Below, piece after piece: positions 59,412 through 64,000 of a DNA stretch of 64,000 nucleotides. The notes beneath the pieces were generated by a model. The model worked only from the letters and a program-made list of their open reading frames with translations. It was not told where the DNA came from and ran no database searches. The translations under genes were made by a program, and so were the position numbers. Within the stretch, counting starts at the first letter, position 1. Each line of letters begins with the position of its first letter. Source of the stretch: a bacterium (lineage in GTDB: Bacteria > Patescibacteriota > Patescibacteriia > JACPHY01); the NCBI GenBank assembly GCA_030647005.1, contig JAUSKG010000022.1, positions 18,196 to 82,195 on the forward strand, given 5' to 3'.

Positions 59412-61418
59412 TTATCCCAGTTTCTTCTTCTTCACCGTCACGCGGATGAACTTCAGCACGTCGCCCACTTCCGTGTCCACGATCCCCTTCACCTTCACGC
59501 CGCACTCCTGACTCTCCACGACCTCGCGGACATCCTCCCTGCCGGATTGGAGCGCCTGGAGCGTGCCCTCGGCACCATCGCGGTCGCGGATGATCTGCAC
59601 GGTAGGGTCCATGATGATCGCACCGCGCTCGACCCGCCCGCCGAGAATCTGCCAGTGCTCGGACGCACGGAAGAGCGCGAGGACCTTGAGCTGCCCGAGT
59701 TCCTCGACGATACGCTCTTCCGGGAGCCGCGCCTCAAGCGCACGGCGCACCTCCTTGAGGAGCTCGTAGATGACCTTGTGCGTGACGACTGAGACCTTCT
59801 CCTCGCGCGCGAGTGTTTCGATGTGGTCGGGCGCGCGCACGCCGAACCCAAAGATCACCGCCGAGACCGCCGCGGCCTGCTTCACGTCATTCTCCGTAAT
59901 CGTCCCCAGTCCCTTCGCGATCACGCGCACGCGCGCGATGGGAGTGCTGATCTTCTCAATCTCCGACGCGAAGGCCTCGAGCGACCCAAGCACGTCTGCG
60001 CGGATCATCACCGGTAGGATCGTCGCGGGCTCCTCACCCTCGTCCTCCGCACGTGCGGGCATCGTCACCGGTGAAGGCGCAGCGTCGCGCTTCGTCGCTT
60101 TCTGCCGCTTCGTTCTCGTGAGGAGCTTGGCGTCGGCCGCCACCGACACGACGTCGCCTACCTCCGGAAGCACCTTGAACCCCAAGATGCGCGCTGGCAT
60201 GGACGGTGTCGCTGCGAGGATCGCATCGCCGTTGTAGTTCGTCATCGCGCGCACCTTTCCGACGAACGCACCGGCATCCGCGAGAACATCGCCCACGCGA
60301 AGCGTCCCGCGCTGGACGAGGAGCGTCGCAACTGGCCCCTCCTGCTTGTCTACATGCGACTCCACGGTGACGGTCGTTGCATACCCTCCCGCCTCGACGC
60401 GACGCCGCGCCTCATCAATATCCGCAACGAGGAGGATGACCTCGAGGAGCGTCTCGATGCCGGTCCCCTCCTTGGCGGACACGGGCACGAACGGCGTCTT
60501 CCCACCCCAGTCCTCCGGCGTCACGCCGAGTGCGCCGAGCTCGGACCTCACCGTGTCGAGGTTCGCGTCCGGCTTGTCCATCTTGTTCACGGCGACAACG
60601 AACGGCACCTTCGCCGCCTGGATAATCTTGAGTGCTTCTCGCGTCTGCGGTTGCACGCCGTCATCCGCCGCCACCACGAGAATGGCGACGTCCGCGATAC
60701 GCGCACCACGCGAGCGCATGGTCGTGAAGGCCTCATGCCCGGGCGTATCAATGAACGTGACGAGTCGGTCACCGTACTGTGTTTGATACGCGCCAATGTG
60801 CTGCGTGATCCCACCGGCTTCACCTGCTGCGACGTGTGTAGAGCGGATGCGGTCAAGAATCGCCGTCTTCCCGTGGTCCACGTGCCCCATGACCACGACG
60901 ACTGGTGGTCGCGTCATCCCATCTGCCGTACTCACCACCGGAACGTCTGTTTCATCGGCAACTGCCTCTGCAATCGCATCTTCCATGCGCGTGTCCACCT
61001 TCGGATGGGGCTTGAACCCCAGGTCTTCCGCGATGATCGCCGCGGTTGCGTAGTCAATCGGCTCGTTGAGGTTCGCGAGGATGCCGTTGCGCAGGAGCTC
61101 CTGGAGGACCTCGGAGACCGTCATGCCGAGGAGCGACGCAAAATCGCGCACGGTGATGATCGCGGGAATGGCAACGGTCTTCGCGGTGCCCTCCGCCACG
61201 GCAGTGCGGCGCTTCTCGCGCAGCTCTTCCTCATGCTCTTTCTCGCGCTGCCGTTGAATCTCTCGACGGATGCGTGGCCACTGCTTGAGGAACCGTTGCG
61301 CGAGCCGGTCGTCAATCTTGATCGCACGCCGACCGATATCAAAACCATACCGCGGGAGCAGCTCGTACAGCTCCTGCGGCGGGACGTTACATCGTCGTGC
61401 GAGTTCGGTGACGTTCAT
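59412..61418 (-). CDS. infB: translation initiation factor IF-2 (short form, 668 aa)
   Basis: VVVVMGHVDHGKTAILD (G1), DTPGHEAF, NKMD and C-terminal beta-barrel domains. Confidence 0.95.
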   Translation of the reverse strand: MNVTELARRCNVPPQELYELLPRYGFDIGRRAIKIDDRLAQRFLKQWPRIRREIQRQREKEHEEELREKRRTAVAEGTAKTVAIPAIITVRDFASLLGMTVSEVLQELLRNGILANLNEPIDYATAAIIAEDLGFKPHPKVDTRMEDAIAEAVADETDVPVVSTADGMTRPPVVVVMGHVDHGKTAILDRIRSTHVAAGEAGGITQHIGAYQTQYGDRLVTFIDTPGHEAFTTMRSRGARIADVAILVVAADDGVQPQTREALKIIQAAKVPFVVAVNKMDKPDANLDTVRSELGALGVTPEDWGGKTPFVPVSAKEGTGIETLLEVILLVADIDEARRRVEAGGYATTVTVESHVDKQEGPVATLLVQRGTLRVGDVLADAGAFVGKVRAMTNYNGDAILAATPSMPARILGFKVLPEVGDVVSVAADAKLLTRTKRQKATKRDAAPSPVTMPARAEDEGEEPATILPVMIRADVLGSLEAFASEIEKISTPIARVRVIAKGLGTITENDVKQAAAVSAVIFGFGVRAPDHIETLAREEKVSVVTHKVIYELLKEVRRALEARLPEERIVEELGQLKVLALFRASEHWQILGGRVERGAIIMDPTVQIIRDRDGAEGTLQALQSGREDVREVVESQECGVKVKGIVDTEVGDVLKFIRVTVKKKKLG

Positions 61419-61549
61419 AGGTTGACCATGTAGAAAAAGATGTAGTGGAGGCCTTCAGGCCTCCATCCCTCCTCCTATGGGATATTTTCTACGGTCTCAG
61501 GTTGACCATCTCCTCTCAACATAGCGGAAAGGTGGAAAACGTCAAGGAC

Positions 61550-61578
61550 TTGCTCGCGCGTGTGTCTCCTGCTATGCT
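61550..61578 (+). promoter_or_regulatory. candidate sigma70-like promoter TTGCTC-N17-TATGCT upstream of rny
   Basis: acttgctcgcgcgtgtgtctcctgctatgctcc, in the 420-nt divergent infB/rny intergenic region. It would give a ~260-nt 5'UTR. Confidence 0.3.
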
Positions 61579-61841
61579 CCAAGCATGGAGGCCCGAGCAT
61601 CGGGACCCTCCGCATAACGGAACACGAGACGTACTCCAGCGGTGAGCTTTTCGGCACATGACCTGCACCATTGCTGTCTCTTCCTCGACATCGGTACACG
61701 CTCCCCGACCATCAATGGACGGGAGCGTTCGCGTGGTTGCATCCGCTCCCCCGATGGCCTGAACGACCGCAAACGCCGCTCACGCTCACTCCCCTGGATG
61801 ACCCGCTCTCCCGAGCGGTTGTACGCCTCGTGCACAATTCT

Positions 61842-63374
61842 ATGAACGAGGCATTATTTATTCCTCTCATCGGCGGCATCGTACTCGTCGGTGTCGGCGC
61901 AGCCGGCGGCTATGCGTACCGGCACCTCGCCGCAACGCACCGCGCGCACGGCGCCGAGCAGAAAGCCGAGGCGATCATGGCGGAGGCAAAGCGCCGCGAG
62001 CGCGAGTTCCTCCTCAAAGCGAAGGACAAGGGGTTGAAGATCATTGACGACGCGAAGCGCGAGGAGACGGAGCGCCGGAAAGAACTCCAGCAGCTCCAGC
62101 AGCGTCTCGAGCAGCGCGAGACGAAGTTCGACGGCAAGCTCCTTGAACTCGAAGAGAAGCAGACGAAGCTCGACCAGGCCCGCGAGAAGCTCGTCGTGGC
62201 GAAGGATCGCCTCGAGGTGCTGCACGGTGAGGAGGAGCGCAAACTCGCGGAGATCGCCCAGCTCTCGCGCGCGGACGCGGAGCTGCGCCTCCTCGCAAAC
62301 GTGGAGACACAGGTCCAGGATTCGCTCATGAGCCGCGTGCGGAAGCTCGAGGCGATGAGCACGGAAGAGATTGAACGCAGGGCGCACATCGAGCTCGCGA
62401 GCGCGATGCAGCGCGTCGCATCGTCGCACTCCGTTGAGACCACGACGACCTCGGTGAAGCTCCCGTCCGATGACATGAAGGGGCGCATCATCGGCAAGGA
62501 GGGACGCAACATCAAGGCGATCGAGCACCTCACGGGGTGTGAGATTGTCGTGGATGAGACGCCGATGACGATCACCATTTCCGGCTTCTCACCCGTCCGG
62601 AGGCAGGTGGCACGTCGCGCACTCGAGGACCTCATCAAGGACGGCCGCATCCACCCCGCACGCGTGGAGGAAGCGGTTGCGACCGCGAAGAAGGACCTCG
62701 CGTCTGACATCAAAAAGGCGGGCGAGGACGCGCTCTACGAGCTCGGCATCGCGGGCGTTGACCCCAAGCTCGCGCAGATCCTCGGTCGGCTCAAGTACCG
62801 GACGAGCTACGGCCAGAACGTCCTCCACCACTCCATCGAGGTGGCGAACCTCGCCGGGCTCATGGCCGCGGAGCTCAAGCAGAACGTCCGCGAGGCGAAA
62901 CTCGGCGGGCTCATGCACGACATCGGCAAGGCCGTGGACCACGACATCCAGGGCACGCACATCGAGATCGGCTACAACATCCTCAAGAAGTTCAACATGC
63001 CGGAGGAGGTATGCTACGCGCCGATCGCCCACCATGAGGATAAGCCCACGACGGTGCTTGGCTGCATCATCAAGTCGGCGGATGCCATGTCCGGCGCGCG
63101 CCCGGGCGCGCGGAAGGACAGCTACGAGAACTACCTCAAGCGCCTCACGGAGCTTGAGAGCGTCGCGACCTCCTTCGAGGGTATCGAGCGCGCATACGCG
63201 ATCCAGGCAGGCCGCGAGATCCGCATCTTCATCTCGCCAAAAATCGCCGACGACTACCGCATGTACCAGCTCGCGAAGGACGTCGCGCAGAAGATCGAGC
63301 AGGAGCTCACGTACCCGGGCGAGATCAAGGTGACCGCCATCCGCGAGTCACGCGCGGTGGAGTACGCACGATAA
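61842..63374 (+). CDS. rny: ribonuclease Y
   Basis: N-terminal TM (IPLIGGIVLVGVGAAGGYAY), coiled coil, KH domain (IGKEGRNIKAIE) and HD domain (HHSIEVANLAG…MHDIGK). Start trimmed from ORF 61671. Confidence 0.9.
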   Translation: MNEALFIPLIGGIVLVGVGAAGGYAYRHLAATHRAHGAEQKAEAIMAEAKRREREFLLKAKDKGLKIIDDAKREETERRKELQQLQQRLEQRETKFDGKLLELEEKQTKLDQAREKLVVAKDRLEVLHGEEERKLAEIAQLSRADAELRLLANVETQVQDSLMSRVRKLEAMSTEEIERRAHIELASAMQRVASSHSVETTTTSVKLPSDDMKGRIIGKEGRNIKAIEHLTGCEIVVDETPMTITISGFSPVRRQVARRALEDLIKDGRIHPARVEEAVATAKKDLASDIKKAGEDALYELGIAGVDPKLAQILGRLKYRTSYGQNVLHHSIEVANLAGLMAAELKQNVREAKLGGLMHDIGKAVDHDIQGTHIEIGYNILKKFNMPEEVCYAPIAHHEDKPTTVLGCIIKSADAMSGARPGARKDSYENYLKRLTELESVATSFEGIERAYAIQAGREIRIFISPKIADDYRMYQLAKDVAQKIEQELTYPGEIKVTAIRESRAVEYAR

Positions 63375-63382
63375 ATACGTAA

Positions 63383-63462
63383 GCCGCAAGCTGACAGCCA
63401 ACAGCTGCAAGCTGGAAAACAAAACGAATATTTCTCTCTCACGCTTGCAGCTTGCAGCTAAC
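63383..63462. repeat. intergenic imperfect inverted repeat built from the GCTTGCAGCTG motif (same family as the gdhA insertions)
   Basis: agccgcaagctgacagccaacagctgcaagctgg …40 nt… cgcttgcagcttgcagcta, between the rny stop and the next start. Confidence 0.5.
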
Positions 63463-63464
63463 GT

Positions 63465-64000
63465 ATGCGTTTCCTCATCTTCGGTGATGTCGTCGCAAAG
63501 ATCGGCCGGCGGGCGCTCGCAGAGACGCTCCCGGAGCTCCGCGCGACCTACGCACCCGACCTCATCCTCGCGAACGTCGAGAACCTCGCGCACGGGCTCG
63601 GCATCACCGCGAGCACGATCCGCGAAGTGTTCACCGCGGGCGTGGATATCGCGACCGGCGGCAACCACATCTGGCGCAAGCCGGAGGGCGTGGAGCTCAT
63701 TCGCGCGGGGGAACTCCCCATCGTGCGACCGGCAAACTACCCCGAGGGGGCACCGGGCAAGGGGTGGTACGTCCGCTCGGTTGCGGGCACGGATGTGCTC
63801 GTGGTAAACTTGCTGGGACGGGTGTTCATGAATAACCTCGTGGACGATCCCTTCCGTACGTTCGATACCATTCTTGCGGAGCACCCCGCACCCATCGTCC
63901 TCGTGGACTTCCATGGCGAGACCACGTCGGAGCGCGGTGCGTTTGGCTGGTACGTTGATGGACGCGCGAGCGTCGTGTACGGCACGCACACGCATGTCCC
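63465..64000 (+). CDS. YmdB-like TIGR00282-family metallophosphoesterase (2',3'-cyclic-nucleotide phosphodiesterase), 3'-truncated
   Basis: MRFLIFGDVVAKIGRRAL…LILANVENLAHGLGIT…GGNHIW… The rny–ymdB gene order is conserved in Firmicutes and other lineages. It runs off the window end. Confidence 0.75.
   Translation, partial: MRFLIFGDVVAKIGRRALAETLPELRATYAPDLILANVENLAHGLGITASTIREVFTAGVDIATGGNHIWRKPEGVELIRAGELPIVRPANYPEGAPGKGWYVRSVAGTDVLVVNLLGRVFMNNLVDDPFRTFDTILAEHPAPIVLVDFHGETTSERGAFGWYVDGRASVVYGTHTHV

Noticed and set aside
61446-61463. GGAGGCC-TTCA-GGCCTCC 7-bp palindrome and two AGGTTGACCAT direct repeats in the infB/rny divergent region
   Set aside because: Too short to assign a function with confidence. 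They may be operator or -35-like elements, and are noted only as possible regulatory sequence.

Overview
This is a high-GC (~65%) bacterial chromosomal segment with no rRNA, tRNA or CRISPR. From position 1 to about 38.3 kb, every gene lies on the minus strand. This array holds about 38 genes, most joined by 4-nt ATGA start/stop overlaps. It encodes an unusually elaborate nonulosonic-acid (sialic/pseudaminic/legionaminic-like) glycan biosynthesis island. Its main components are:
- three NeuB/PseI-family synthases;
- three CMP-sugar cytidylyltransferases;
- a PseB-like UDP-GlcNAc 4,6-dehydratase;
- four DegT-type aminotransferases, one fused to a glutamate-1-semialdehyde-aminomutase-like domain;
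- two sugar formyltransferases;
- an amidotransferase/HisH/HisF-like trio, likely for acetamidino formation;
- an AsnB-like amidotransferase;
- an FkbH-like phosphatase, an ACP and a PPTase, likely forming glyceryl-ACP;
- a SAM methyltransferase, an ATP-grasp ligase, a kinase-like protein and a GAPDH-like dehydrogenase;
- two KpsC/KpsS-family putative keto-sugar-acid transferases and an EamA transporter.
Downstream is a 1324-aa secreted protein with about 19 'CDGxDNDCDGxxDE' Cys/Asp repeats and a LamG-like C-terminus. After it come housekeeping genes: folD, sucCD, leuS, gdhA, a TrxB-like flavoprotein, infB, rny and a partial ymdB-like gene. Two short repeat families are inserted in-frame into essential genes. 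One is a perfect 96-bp palindromic element in leuS; the other is a 'GCTTGCAGCTGTCGG' repeat inserted twice in gdhA. Both families also have intergenic copies. Coordinates may be off by 1-2 nt in places. Many N-terminal extensions in the ORF track are spurious; starts were trimmed by homology logic and neighbouring stop positions.
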